A stretch of 64,000 bases of DNA, taken from IMG/VR virus record IMGVR_UViG_3300034065_000151, positions 76,767 through 140,766 of that record. The stretch is one strand, 5' to 3'. Made by a program: the position numbers and the translations under genes. The DNA is from a virus (taxonomy: Duplodnaviria > Caudoviricetes). Below, in pieces: positions 17,226 through 27,761 of this stretch; within the stretch, counting starts at the first letter, position 1, and the number at the start of each line of letters is the position of its first letter. Under the pieces are notes generated by a model. The model saw only the letters and a program-made list of their open reading frames with translations, did not search any database and was not told the origin of the DNA.

Positions 17226-19570
17226 TGACTCAAACCAATACAAATTATCCTAATCCTTTAGATAACTTTAGATCATATTCCTATCAATTTGTTATGACAG
17301 TTGCTGGAACTACTGAAGCTTTCAGGAAAATGGTAGGCGGTGGTGGCGCAGCTGGTTCAACTCAACCTGCTCCATTACTCCAAGCAGTCAACACTTCTAA
17401 AATTGGTGATCAAATCAACATTGAAGGTGAACGTGCCTACCTTCTTGTAGATACTCGCCGATTTTCACAGTTCTCTATTACTAATATGTCTCTTGGACAT
17501 ATCTATGGTACTGGTAATCCCAACAACCCATCGATGCCATCCACAACCCATACAATGACTCTGATTGATACAACTGGTCTCTCATTCATTAATATGCTTA
17601 TGGATATCATGAGAAACAAATTGCAGTCATCCAAGTCTTCTATATTCTTTTTACTGGCAGTTCTTTTCATTGGTCATGATGATGATGGTAATACTGAAAC
17701 TATCTCCACCACTTATATTCCATTCAGTATCATGAAACTCGGTATGAAATTTGATAGCTCTGGTGCTATCTTTGATATGGAATTTATTGAACTTCAAGGT
17801 GGTAACTTTAGTCAAGGATCAGGTACTCATAATAACTACCTTGGTACTATTAACTCTGTGACAACACAAGGTCGTGCCAATACTCTTGGTGGACTTATTA
17901 GTTCCCTTGAACAACAATTAAATGTTAACTCATTTGATATGTTTCAAAAATATAATAATGCTGTTCAAGCAGCTGGTGCTACTAATACCAATCCTACTTC
18001 AAACAGATTTGGTAAACTTGTACAGTATATGATTACTCTTCCGGATGGTTGGAGTGATTTTGAATTATCTGCTGCTGCTCAATCTGCTAATCTTGAGAAG
18101 ACATTCCTTGCAAATGGAGCAACACAAAAAGTTGCTGATGATCAACTAGCTGCGGCTCAAGTAGCTTTATTTAATCTTACCCAAGGTCAAGGTTCTGCTA
18201 ATGCAACTCCTGCTGATATTGCTGCAGCTAAAGCTGCTGTAACCTCTGCTTTGAATGCACAAAATAAAACTGCTGCTTCTAATACTGCTGCATATAAAGC
18301 CTCACAAGAAAACTTAAGACCATTACAACAACAGACTAAGAATAATATTCCTTATAGCCAAATGTCATTCTCATCTAATACAGAAATCACCGATGCGATC
18401 CGTGATATCTTGGAATGCTGTGAAGCTGTATTAAATTTAGCTAGTGAAGATAAACGCAAAGCTGGAACTGCTGTACTCTGGAAAGTGGTTCCTAATATTA
18501 CTTGTGATGATATTTCATTCACTTTACACTTTGATGTATTTGCTTATCCTATTGAAAAGCCGGTTTCTAATACAACCTCAACTCTTTCTGCTGGTTCAAC
18601 TAATACCCAAATCATTGGTGGTCCTGCTGGAACTATTAGAAATCTATTAACTTATGACTACTTATTCTCCGGATTCAATAGCCATATCAAAGATTTAAAT
18701 ATTAACTTCGATCCAACTGCTGGTGCCTTAATCATTGATACTAATGTCAGCCTTGGTAAACCACGTATGGCTATCCTATCTGCTGCAGGTCAAACCACTC
18801 AAGCAGTTAATGGTGCATCTGATGGACAAAAGAGTACCACCAAGTCAGCACCTGATGTTAGAGCTTCTGATCCAATCTTTTTCCCTATCCGTACCACTGA
18901 CCAACAAACAAATGGTTCTGGTATGAATCTTGATGACTTACCAACAACTAATGCAGTTAAGGTTGCACAAGCCAAAGCAGAATATCAACAGACTCTTGCA
19001 ACAGTTCACTTCATGAGTTCTATGGCTTTAGAAATGACAGTTCGTGGTAATCCTAATATCATTAAAAAGTTTGCTGATGCTTCTCAAAAGGGTGGACTGG
19101 CACCACATACTGTATTTGTTACTGGTCAAGAACTAAGTGCCATTCCATTAAACATTACCGTTAGTAATGCACAACAAGATTACTTAAACCTAGAAGCTAA
19201 AGTACAAGGTGCTAAAGCAAAATATATCAAGGATTATATTACCCCTAAAGTAGATTCTGTTCAGAAAGCTTTAGCTACTAGTGGTGGTGCCAAAGATGCT
19301 TTACTAAATGGATTAGATCCAATCTGTACCCCACTTTATGCACAGATAAATATCTATGCACCAAATATTGATTACTCAACTGCTGATTTTAAAGATGGTG
19401 AGAATTTATTTACCAATGAATTCTTTTATCAAGGTCCATACTTTATTTCATCTATTGTAACCAACTTTGTTAATGGTGAATTTACCCACACATTTAGTAT
19501 GATTCCATTCAATACTGATGATTCATACTCCGCTAATACAAGTACTACACCAACAGCTAAAAAACCATGA
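17225..19570 (+). CDS. baseplate hub protein (gp27-like)
   Basis: Lies between gp53 and gp5; C-terminal LEMTVRGNP and GPYFISSIVTNFVNGEFTHTF. Confidence 0.6.
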   Translation: MTQTNTNYPNPLDNFRSYSYQFVMTVAGTTEAFRKMVGGGGAAGSTQPAPLLQAVNTSKIGDQINIEGERAYLLVDTRRFSQFSITNMSLGHIYGTGNPNNPSMPSTTHTMTLIDTTGLSFINMLMDIMRNKLQSSKSSIFFLLAVLFIGHDDDGNTETISTTYIPFSIMKLGMKFDSSGAIFDMEFIELQGGNFSQGSGTHNNYLGTINSVTTQGRANTLGGLISSLEQQLNVNSFDMFQKYNNAVQAAGATNTNPTSNRFGKLVQYMITLPDGWSDFELSAAAQSANLEKTFLANGATQKVADDQLAAAQVALFNLTQGQGSANATPADIAAAKAAVTSALNAQNKTAASNTAAYKASQENLRPLQQQTKNNIPYSQMSFSSNTEITDAIRDILECCEAVLNLASEDKRKAGTAVLWKVVPNITCDDISFTLHFDVFAYPIEKPVSNTTSTLSAGSTNTQIIGGPAGTIRNLLTYDYLFSGFNSHIKDLNINFDPTAGALIIDTNVSLGKPRMAILSAAGQTTQAVNGASDGQKSTTKSAPDVRASDPIFFPIRTTDQQTNGSGMNLDDLPTTNAVKVAQAKAEYQQTLATVHFMSSMALEMTVRGNPNIIKKFADASQKGGLAPHTVFVTGQELSAIPLNITVSNAQQDYLNLEAKVQGAKAKYIKDYITPKVDSVQKALATSGGAKDALLNGLDPICTPLYAQINIYAPNIDYSTADFKDGENLFTNEFFYQGPYFISSIVTNFVNGEFTHTFSMIPFNTDDSYSANTSTTPTAKKP

Positions 19571-20946
19571 CAACTATCACCGATCGTTTCCCAACCTTTA
19601 ATCCATTTATCATGGATGGTACCGTTGTATCCACTGCCGACCCAGATCAAATGGGACGTGTCCGTGTATGGGTTCCCGCTCTCGATGGTGATGACTTTGT
19701 TATCGAACAACTCGCTTGGGCCGAATATGTTTCCCCTCTCATGGGATTCACGGTCGACTATCAAGCAGGTGAAGGTAATGCACAAAATACTTCCCAAGCT
19801 GCCTATGGCTTCTGGGCAATACCTAAAGTTGGATCAGAAGTAATGATCTTCTGTAAAAATGGTGATCCTCGTAAACGTTGCTACTTCGCTGCCTCTATGG
19901 GACTTCATACCAACCGCTCACTTCCTGCTGGCCGTAATGTAGATACTCTCGGTAACCAAGGACCATTCGGTGACTCAGGTGATGGTACTGGTAAACTCAA
20001 CCCAATCCAACCAGCTTATAACAATCTCCGTACCCAATTCGAAAATAAGATCACTGCCTCTGAAGCACAAACTCGTGGCGCCTATGAACGCCAAGCTGCA
20101 CAACCCGGTGAAAATAAAGATGGCTCTGAAGGTTATTCCACATCACCAGCTGATGCAACCTACTTAGATCCACAAACTTACTGTCTTGTTACTCCTGGTC
20201 GTAATGCAATCATCCTTCAAGATGATCCAGCTCATGCCCGCTTACGTTTCAAGACTGCTGAAGGTCATCAGATCATCCTCGATGATGCCAATGAACGTAT
20301 CTATATATCCACCTCGCAAGGTGCCTCCTGGATTGAAATGGACCAAGACGGCCATATCAATATCTATGGTACAGATTCAGTCTCACTCCGCTCTGGTAAA
20401 GATATCAACTTCTATGCTGATGGTAATATCAACTTTGAAGCCAAAGGTGGTATCAATATGATTGCCGTTAATAATGATGTCAGAATTACAGCTGGTAGTC
20501 ATTTCCAAGTTCAGGCCACAAAGAATATAGTACAGACTGCATGTGGATTATTTGATGTGGATGCCGAGTCTGGTATGCATTTATCTGCCACTGGTAATAT
20601 TGATATGAAAGCCACTAATGCACTTAATGCAACTGGTATTGCTTCGATCGATATGAGAACTGGTGGTGACCTTAAAGCTACTGGTTCTAAAGGTGTTGAT
20701 ATCCTTGGTGGTCCAGTTAAAATTGGTGGACTTACTGTGGATATTGGTGCAACTGCCGGTAATGTTACTATCTCTGGTAATAGTGTCAGTATTGATGGTC
20801 CTCCTGCAATGCCTCCTACTTCAGCCCAAACTGCTGCCGGTGCTTCTTGTGCAGATCAAGCAACTGGACCAGCTATTGTTCCTGGACATGAGCCTTGGAC
20901 TAGACCTACATCAACCACCAAGCGTGGTCAGTACTGGAAACCATGA
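19567..20946 (+). CDS. gp5: central baseplate spike (gp5/VgrG-like)
   Basis: OB-fold DPDQMGRVRVWVP, PKVGSEV, GHQIILDD and beta-helix repeats. Confidence 0.85.
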   Translation: MTTITDRFPTFNPFIMDGTVVSTADPDQMGRVRVWVPALDGDDFVIEQLAWAEYVSPLMGFTVDYQAGEGNAQNTSQAAYGFWAIPKVGSEVMIFCKNGDPRKRCYFAASMGLHTNRSLPAGRNVDTLGNQGPFGDSGDGTGKLNPIQPAYNNLRTQFENKITASEAQTRGAYERQAAQPGENKDGSEGYSTSPADATYLDPQTYCLVTPGRNAIILQDDPAHARLRFKTAEGHQIILDDANERIYISTSQGASWIEMDQDGHINIYGTDSVSLRSGKDINFYADGNINFEAKGGINMIAVNNDVRITAGSHFQVQATKNIVQTACGLFDVDAESGMHLSATGNIDMKATNALNATGIASIDMRTGGDLKATGSKGVDILGGPVKIGGLTVDIGATAGNVTISGNSVSIDGPPAMPPTSAQTAAGASCADQATGPAIVPGHEPWTRPTSTTKRGQYWKP

Positions 20947-20967
20947 TTTTTGTTATCAAGTGTTTCC

Positions 20968-20975
20968 AATAAATA
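20968..20975 (+). promoter_or_regulatory. late promoter variant AATAAATA
   Basis: Upstream of gp25. Confidence 0.5.
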
Positions 20976-21003
20976 TAATACTTGATAACTATTTTGATTG
21001 ATT

Positions 21004-21372
21004 ATGGCTTCTAACTACATTGGATTCTCTACAGCACAATGGGGTAAAACTAAATCGTTTACCTTAACAGGTATCGACATCGTTAAACAAGACCTGCTTA
21101 ACCATATTTGGACAATCCAAGGTACCAGACTTATGATGCCAGCTTTTGGTACTCGTATTCCTATTCTTACCTTTGAACCAAATGATCCAATCACTATCAA
21201 TATCATCAAAGAAGATTTAACCACTGTATTCAATTACGATCCACGTGTTAATCTCATTGCTCTCAATGTAATGAGCATTCCTGCCAATAATACAATTATT
21301 GCTGCCGCTGATCTATTCTATGTTGAATATGGTATCACCCAATTATTTCAAATTGAAATTCCGTCCCAATAA
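21004..21372 (+). CDS. gp25: baseplate wedge subunit (gp25-like)
   Basis: GTRLMMPAFGT, FEP and YDPRV motifs; ATG at 21004. Confidence 0.9.
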   Translation: MASNYIGFSTAQWGKTKSFTLTGIDIVKQDLLNHIWTIQGTRLMMPAFGTRIPILTFEPNDPITINIIKEDLTTVFNYDPRVNLIALNVMSIPANNTIIAAADLFYVEYGITQLFQIEIPSQ

Positions 21373-21389
21373 TTAACCTACTATAAACT

Positions 21390-24300
21390 ATGACAATTAT
21401 TAACAAATACGCAGCTGAAAGTTGGGATAAGGTTTATACCGCATTCACTCAAATCAATTTCACTTCTTTCGACTACGATACTGTCAAAGAATCACTAATC
21501 CAATACCTGCAAATCTACTACGCTGAATCATATAACGATATGATCGAATCGTCAGAATTAATTGCTATTCTAGAAATGTTTGCATATGCTGCTGAATTGA
21601 TAACCTATCGTGTTGACATAGCTTCGCATGAGAACTTTATTACTACTGCCCAACGTAAGCAGTCTATTCTTCGTCTCGCTAAGTTAATTTCATATTCGGC
21701 TTCCCGTAATATCCCAGCTCGTGGTTTGGTTAAACTTAATACCGTTCGTACCGATCAAACTGTTTATGACTCCCTTGGTAATAACTTAGCCAATGTCACC
21801 ATCACCTGGAATGATCCATCTAATTCTAATTGGAAAGAACAATTCTTCTTGGTAATGAACCTGTCTCTTACCACCACCTTCGGCCAACCATCTAAATCAT
21901 TCCAAGTTGCTGATGTACTCATGCAACAGTATACTTTTAACAATAACTTAGCTGCCTTTAATAATGGTGTCTTTGCCTTCAATGCATCTACTACTACCCA
22001 GTCTGTGCAGATGGAAGCTGTCCCTATTGATATCGATGCTAATGGTCCATTTGAACGTTCACCTGACTTAAATGCACAATTCAATATTGTCTATGCTTCT
22101 GATGGCCGCGGTGACGGCTCTGATTATACTGGCTTCCTTCTTTTCGTTAAACAAGGTTCCTTACTTCAAACCAATTATGTTATCCCAGAACCTACTGCTA
22201 ATCGCCGTATTGAACTTGATGCCATCAATATCAATAACACAGACGTCTGGCTTTATGGTGTAGATAATACTGGTACCATTACAGAAAACTGGCTTCCTGT
22301 CAATACACTTAATGACCAAACCCTTGCATTTAATAACAATACTACAACCAGAAAACAATACTCTATTGATACCCTAGAGAATGACCGTATTGCTATTAAC
22401 TTCGGTGATGGTAACTTCAGCGATGCCCCAGTCGGTGCCTACCAAATCTGGACCCGTGTTTCTGCTAACCAAGATATTACCGTACAGAAACAACAGATTG
22501 TTAACCAGAAAATGTCTTTCACATACTTGGATAATACCAATGTGTCCCATGTGTTTAACATGACATTCTCTCTTACTTCATCACTTCAAAACAACTCTGC
22601 TTCTGAAACTATTGAACACGTTCGTCAATCTGCTCCATCCACCTATTACGCCCAAGATCGTATGGTTAATGGCCAAGATTACAATACCTATATGCTTAAG
22701 GATTCTACTATCCTTAAACTCAATACTATCAACCGTACCTTCGCCGGTCAACCAAAATACATAGAATGGAATGATGCCTCTGGTGCCTACCAAAACATCA
22801 AACTATTCGGTGATGACCTCACCATGAACCTATCCACTTCAGTTGATATGGTTTTGACAACTACTAGTTCCCAAAGTATTATTGATTCTTATATAGAACC
22901 ATTACTACAGACTAATGCTTTACTTAATACTTTAACCCATCAAATTGCAAGTGCGGCCGATAGTTATGGTATCATTTCCTATCCTCGACGTGTTTTCATC
23001 GAAGATAACCAAAAGGTCTACTTTGATATCAATGGTAACCCAGTCAATCCTTACGGTAGACAATTACCTTCACCCGCTCAAATAGCTGCTAATGCTGCAT
23101 CTCCTGCACCATTACCATTATCCCAGATTGGTACCCCTTTACATACTGGTGATGGTTCCCTATTAGAAAAGACTGTTATCCAAGGTGCACTTGATAATCA
23201 TTGGTATGGTTCACCTACCTCTACTGTTACTATTAATGGTACTATCTCAGGTGTTATTCCTGATCCTGTTGCCGATCCAAGTTCTGATAGCAATATCTAT
23301 GCACCTAATATGCCAAGAACTATTGATGGTGTCAATCTATATCCACCTGGTGATACTGGTTCTGGTTTCCAAAATATTAACCTTCAACAGTATTTCGGGT
23401 TGAAATATAACCGATTCCTACAGGCATTTGGTACTGGTGATATTGCCCTTTATAACGTGAATGACTTCGTGCTATTAACCCCACCACAATTACCACCAAC
23501 CCAGAACTGGGGATATGGTGATGGTGCACCCAATAGCATTACTAATTCAAATGGTACCCTTGATAGTTCTCATAATCCTGTACCTTGTCCATGTAATGGA
23601 TTGAATGCCTATAACTATAAAATGGAAGTCCTTACAATTGAAATGACTTCTGATAGTACTACCTTTGCTATTACCAGTAATATCCGTGGTACTTTGCCTA
23701 GCTATAGCCTTACTAAAGCCGCTTCTGTTACCAATCCACAACCACGCTGGTCACAACAATCTCCTACTGCAGTTCCTTGCGATTTCATTATTTCAAATGG
23801 TACTACTCAGTATAAGGCAGGTGATGCATTTGTCATCAATATTACGTTCCAAAATGGCCAATGGGGTTCCGTTGTTCGCTCATTCGGCACAAATAATGCA
23901 CATAAAGCTAACCTTTCAGGATGGTGGGAATTAATCCCAGAAACGGTCATTAATGGATCTACTGCTGAAGGTGGCTTAAACCTATTCACTCAAGGCGCTT
24001 CTGACGGTCCTAACTCAGTTCAAGCCATGACATTTGACCAAGGTTCAGCCGGATCATCATGGATATTCTTAGTCGCTTCAACTCTTTCCACCTCTGGAAC
24101 AGTTGCTAGCTGGTCTATCTATAACCGTGATATGAAGATCATTGCATCCAGTCCTACTACTAAGTTCTGGTTCAATACCGCTTCACAAATCCTTGACCCA
24201 CAAACCCTAAAACCTCTTTATGACAAGATTCGTATCCTTCGCTCTAACCTCGACGAACTCGGTATGCCTCTTAAACAAGCTGATATCTATGACTGCGTAA

Positions 24301-25346
24301 ACTTTGTCTATGATATCAATGGTGAAGTTATTACCAATTCCCTTGAATTACTTCCTACTGATACCAGTACATTCACCCTTGCCGGTAACGGTTCTCCTGA
24401 TAATATCCTTCAGTTCGAAAACTTTGCCCAGAACTCCTACCAGTTCACTGTCATCAATGTTACCGATCCTACTAATCCTATCATCGATAATGTCCTTAAC
24501 TGCTCAGACTATACCTATATCTCTGGCTATGATATGACACAATATGATATCAATGGCTATGACTCAGGCGTCATCTCAGTCACTGGATTCTCACAACCAT
24601 TCAACTTCATCCCCGGCTCTTTCATGTCATCCAATACAGTCAATGGATTCCAAATCGCCAGACAACTCTACGTACCAGCTCCTGCTGTTGTCAGTCCTAC
24701 TACTAACCAATACAGCTGTAATATCACTACTGGTCTTGATTTCATGTGGCAACATTACACTCCGGACTCTAACCTTATTGACCCATCACCAAGTAATATC
24801 CATGATGCCTTCTTGTTAACATCTGGCTATTATACATCGGTAATGGATTATGTGAATGGATTTACTACTGTAGCTCCACAGCCACCTACTCCTCTCGATC
24901 TATTAACTTCTTATGGTTACCTTCTCGAGAATAAGATGTTGTCTGATACACTTGTCCTTCATTCAGGTAAGATTAAACTTCTATTCGGTTCCCTTGCTGA
25001 TCAAACCCTTCGTGCTAAATTCAGTGTTATCATGGCACCTACTGCTACCTTCTCATCAGAACGTATCAAACAAGAAGTTATTAATACCATCAACACCTAT
25101 TTCACAATACAATCATGGGACTTCGGCCAATCCTTCTATGCTACCGAACTATTGTCTCTTATTCACCAAGCCTTACCTACACAGATTTCATCAGTAGTTA
25201 TTGTGCCCACCTATAGCGTTAACTCATTCGGCTCTCTATTCACTATCAATGCAGGCTTCGATGAAGTCCTTCAATCCTGCACCCAAGTAACAGATGTGGA
25301 GATTGTTGCTGCTTTAACACCATCAGTTATTAGACAGGTTGTTTAA
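21390..25346 (+). CDS. gp6: baseplate wedge subunit (gp6-like, enlarged)
   Basis: FTSFDYD, ENFITTAQRKQSILRLAKLISY, FGDG, ETIEHVR..AP..YYAQDRMV and WDFG motifs. Confidence 0.85.
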   Translation: MTIINKYAAESWDKVYTAFTQINFTSFDYDTVKESLIQYLQIYYAESYNDMIESSELIAILEMFAYAAELITYRVDIASHENFITTAQRKQSILRLAKLISYSASRNIPARGLVKLNTVRTDQTVYDSLGNNLANVTITWNDPSNSNWKEQFFLVMNLSLTTTFGQPSKSFQVADVLMQQYTFNNNLAAFNNGVFAFNASTTTQSVQMEAVPIDIDANGPFERSPDLNAQFNIVYASDGRGDGSDYTGFLLFVKQGSLLQTNYVIPEPTANRRIELDAININNTDVWLYGVDNTGTITENWLPVNTLNDQTLAFNNNTTTRKQYSIDTLENDRIAINFGDGNFSDAPVGAYQIWTRVSANQDITVQKQQIVNQKMSFTYLDNTNVSHVFNMTFSLTSSLQNNSASETIEHVRQSAPSTYYAQDRMVNGQDYNTYMLKDSTILKLNTINRTFAGQPKYIEWNDASGAYQNIKLFGDDLTMNLSTSVDMVLTTTSSQSIIDSYIEPLLQTNALLNTLTHQIASAADSYGIISYPRRVFIEDNQKVYFDINGNPVNPYGRQLPSPAQIAANAASPAPLPLSQIGTPLHTGDGSLLEKTVIQGALDNHWYGSPTSTVTINGTISGVIPDPVADPSSDSNIYAPNMPRTIDGVNLYPPGDTGSGFQNINLQQYFGLKYNRFLQAFGTGDIALYNVNDFVLLTPPQLPPTQNWGYGDGAPNSITNSNGTLDSSHNPVPCPCNGLNAYNYKMEVLTIEMTSDSTTFAITSNIRGTLPSYSLTKAASVTNPQPRWSQQSPTAVPCDFIISNGTTQYKAGDAFVINITFQNGQWGSVVRSFGTNNAHKANLSGWWELIPETVINGSTAEGGLNLFTQGASDGPNSVQAMTFDQGSAGSSWIFLVASTLSTSGTVASWSIYNRDMKIIASSPTTKFWFNTASQILDPQTLKPLYDKIRILRSNLDELGMPLKQADIYDCVNFVYDINGEVITNSLELLPTDTSTFTLAGNGSPDNILQFENFAQNSYQFTVINVTDPTNPIIDNVLNCSDYTYISGYDMTQYDINGYDSGVISVTGFSQPFNFIPGSFMSSNTVNGFQIARQLYVPAPAVVSPTTNQYSCNITTGLDFMWQHYTPDSNLIDPSPSNIHDAFLLTSGYYTSVMDYVNGFTTVAPQPPTPLDLLTSYGYLLENKMLSDTLVLHSGKIKLLFGSLADQTLRAKFSVIMAPTATFSSERIKQEVINTINTYFTIQSWDFGQSFYATELLSLIHQALPTQISSVVIVPTYSVNSFGSLFTINAGFDEVLQSCTQVTDVEIVAALTPSVIRQVV

Positions 25347-25693
25347 TGAACCTATATCAATTCCATACAATACCTGAGTCACTCCATAAACATGCAGTTG
25401 CTCAGGAAACTGTACCTGAACTCGTCTGGAAGAAATATAAAAATGATCCCGAAGAACTAAAGAAATATGAAAACGTTCTCGCTAAATCCCCACAATATGC
25501 CTGCCAATATGCTATTGATATTCTCGGTAAAGCTTTCCCTAAAGGTGAACCTGCTATCATGAAAGATGCCTGGTATGCAGCCTGGTATGCCATGGATATT
25601 AAAGATAAACGATGGAAAGCCGCCGAACCAACCATCTTCGACGACGAAGAAGCTGCTAAAGACTATATCCGCTACTTTGGAATCAATCGATGA
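25346..25693 (+). CDS. MNLY-family repeat protein (2 repeats)
   Basis: Shared leader and 26-aa repeats; TAATG overlap with gp6. Confidence 0.85.
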   Translation: MNLYQFHTIPESLHKHAVAQETVPELVWKKYKNDPEELKKYENVLAKSPQYACQYAIDILGKAFPKGEPAIMKDAWYAAWYAMDIKDKRWKAAEPTIFDDEEAAKDYIRYFGINR

Positions 25694-26217
25694 ACCTCTA
25701 CCAATTCCACGATCACCCTGAATCTATCCATAGCCACGATAAAGCAGATACTCATGTAGTAGATGTCTTCTGGAACAAATATAAAAATAACCCTAAAGAA
25801 CTAAAAACTAGAAAACATGCTATTACTAAATCTTCTAAATACTCTTTCTATTATGCCAGCGATATACTAAAAGGTAGATTCCCATTAGGTGAACCCGCCA
25901 TCGCCACTGATCCCTATCAAGCTAAAGACTATGCCACCACAATACTTAAAGGTAGATTCAAACTAGCCGAACCCACTATCGCTAAAAATAGCTATGCTTC
26001 TTATATCTATGCACTAAAGGTTCTCAAAGGTCCATTCAAATTAGGTGAACCTGCCATTCTTAAAGACCCAGAAGATGCATTACTATATGCTAAAAACGTT
26101 CTAAAGAAACCATGGCCTAAAGCTGAACCCATCATTGCATCCAATATCTGGACAACCATAGAATATAATACATCCTTTAATCAACACCTAGCATATACAC
26201 GTACCTATAAAATATAA
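25690..26217 (+). CDS. MNLY-family repeat protein (4 repeats)
   Basis: KGRFPLGEPAIATDPYQAKDYATTIL-type units. Confidence 0.85.
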   Translation: MNLYQFHDHPESIHSHDKADTHVVDVFWNKYKNNPKELKTRKHAITKSSKYSFYYASDILKGRFPLGEPAIATDPYQAKDYATTILKGRFKLAEPTIAKNSYASYIYALKVLKGPFKLGEPAILKDPEDALLYAKNVLKKPWPKAEPIIASNIWTTIEYNTSFNQHLAYTRTYKI

Positions 26218-26324
26218 ACTACTCATGGATAAAACTATTTTAAGTAATTGAGTGTTAACCAATAGTAATTTGTAGTAGGTTTTAGAAAAGTTAGTTTGTC
26301 CCTTTGAATCGAACGGAATCGAGA
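26218..26324. other. candidate replication origin (G/C skew inversion point)
   Basis: AT-rich intergenic gap where the + strand switches from C-rich to G-rich; contains AGTAATT twice and GAATC three times. Confidence 0.5.
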
Positions 26325-26780
26325 ATGAATCTTTACCAGCTCCACTCAGCACCAACCAGCATATATGGACATGACAAAGCGCATGAGACAGTACCTGAAC
26401 TTATCTGGAAGAAGTATGAAGGTAACCCTGACCAAGATGAGCAGCTCAAGAGGTATGAGGACATCCTTGCAAAGGATCCTGGGTATGCTTACAAGTATGC
26501 ATTCCTGATTCTTAAGAAACCCTTTCCTAAGGGTGAGAAGGCGATTGCAACCAGTCCTGAATATGCTTTTAACTATGCTCTACATGTCCTTAAAGGACCA
26601 TTTAAAGCAGGAGAACCAGCTATATCCAAGGATGCTTATTATGCAGTATGGTATGCTGTGGACGTCTTAAAGAAGCGGTTTCCTATGGCAGAAGACTTGA
26701 TATATGATGATTATGACCTAGCCATTGAGTACAATAGTATGTTACATAAGCATGATATAAAGATCCCACATCGACCATAA
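26325..26780 (+). CDS. MNLY-family repeat protein (3 repeats)
   Basis: Start placed at ATG 26325 by homology of the MNLY leader. Confidence 0.85.
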   Translation: MNLYQLHSAPTSIYGHDKAHETVPELIWKKYEGNPDQDEQLKRYEDILAKDPGYAYKYAFLILKKPFPKGEKAIATSPEYAFNYALHVLKGPFKAGEPAISKDAYYAVWYAVDVLKKRFPMAEDLIYDDYDLAIEYNSMLHKHDIKIPHRP

Positions 26781-26803
26781 GTAAACCTTTTATTATATCA
26801 CAT
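26781..26803 (-). promoter_or_regulatory. antisense sigma70-like motif, copy 1
   Basis: GTAAACCTTTTATTATATCACAT, which reads TGATATAAT on the minus strand. Confidence 0.5.
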
Positions 26804-26865
26804 GATAAGTAATAAGTGTAGTAAGTGTAGTAAATATAGGAACTGTTGGATGATAATATCCTAAG

Positions 26866-26888
26866 TGAAACCTTCTATTATAACATAA
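26866..26888 (-). promoter_or_regulatory. antisense sigma70-like motif, copy 2
   Basis: TGAAACCTTCTATTATAACATAA, which reads TGTTATAAT on the minus strand. Confidence 0.5.
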
Positions 26889-26904
26889 AAATTGGAACTG
26901 ATGT

Positions 26905-27273
26905 ATGAAAGTTGCAGAATTATTTGAGGCCCGGATTAAGTATAAGCGTCCAGATTTCCAGGAAGAATGGAATGAGGCGCAACGTTATCCTGAACTTAAG
27001 AAGCTTGGTAAACAAGGATGGATTAAGTTAGTTAATGATGGACAGATTGTTAATAGTAAGACCTTATTAAATATAGGTAATATTGATTTAGATTTATCTG
27101 GTTTGGATAAGGCGAAGTTAGCCAGAGCTGAAGCGAGTATTAATAAGGGTGAGGTAGAGTTACCTATAGTGGTTAAGATTAATGGTAAGTATGATTTGCT
27201 TGGTGGTAATACCCGCTTTGCATATATGAAATCAAAGGGTATCAATCCTATAGTATGGTTAATTAAGATATGA
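26905..27273 (+). CDS. ParB/sulfiredoxin N-terminal domain protein
   Basis: ELPIVVKINGKYDLLGGNTR motif; N-terminus MKVAELFEA. Confidence 0.7.
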   Translation: MKVAELFEARIKYKRPDFQEEWNEAQRYPELKKLGKQGWIKLVNDGQIVNSKTLLNIGNIDLDLSGLDKAKLARAEASINKGEVELPIVVKINGKYDLLGGNTRFAYMKSKGINPIVWLIKI

Positions 27274-27761
27274 ATTTATATAAGCTACATGACAAACCTG
27301 AGAGTATCCATGGACATGATAAGATGGATACCCATGTCATCGATGCATTCTGGGATAAGTACAAAGATAATCCTGCTGAATTAAAGAAGCGTGAGAAAGC
27401 AATTGCTAAACATACAGAGTATGCACATCATTATGCCAATATATTAAAGGGACCATTCCCAGCTGGAGAAGATGCTATTGCTAAAGATGCATTTAGTTCT
27501 TTATATTATGCTGGGAGTATATTGAAGGGACGGTTTCCTAAGGGAGAGAAGGAAATAGCAAAGTATCCAGGATATGCTTATAGGTATGCTGAGTATGTAT
27601 TGAAAGGGCCTTTCAAATTAGGTGAGGATGCGATATCAAAGAATCCTGAGTATGCTTTTAAGTATGCTTATTATATATTAAAGAAGAAATGGTCTAAAGG
27701 AGAGGATGCGATTAATAAGGATCCATACTTTAAGGAAAGATATGCAAGGGAATTTAAATGA
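27270..27761 (+). CDS. MNLY-family repeat protein (4 repeats)
   Basis: Shared leader and repeats; ATGA overlaps. Confidence 0.85.
   Translation: MNLYKLHDKPESIHGHDKMDTHVIDAFWDKYKDNPAELKKREKAIAKHTEYAHHYANILKGPFPAGEDAIAKDAFSSLYYAGSILKGRFPKGEKEIAKYPGYAYRYAEYVLKGPFKLGEDAISKNPEYAFKYAYYILKKKWSKGEDAINKDPYFKERYAREFK

Noticed and set aside
26304-26324. ORF-track start extensions at 26304, 28904, 29276 and 53170
   Set aside because: Paralog leaders or overlap coupling place the starts at 26325, 28946, 29288 and 53101.
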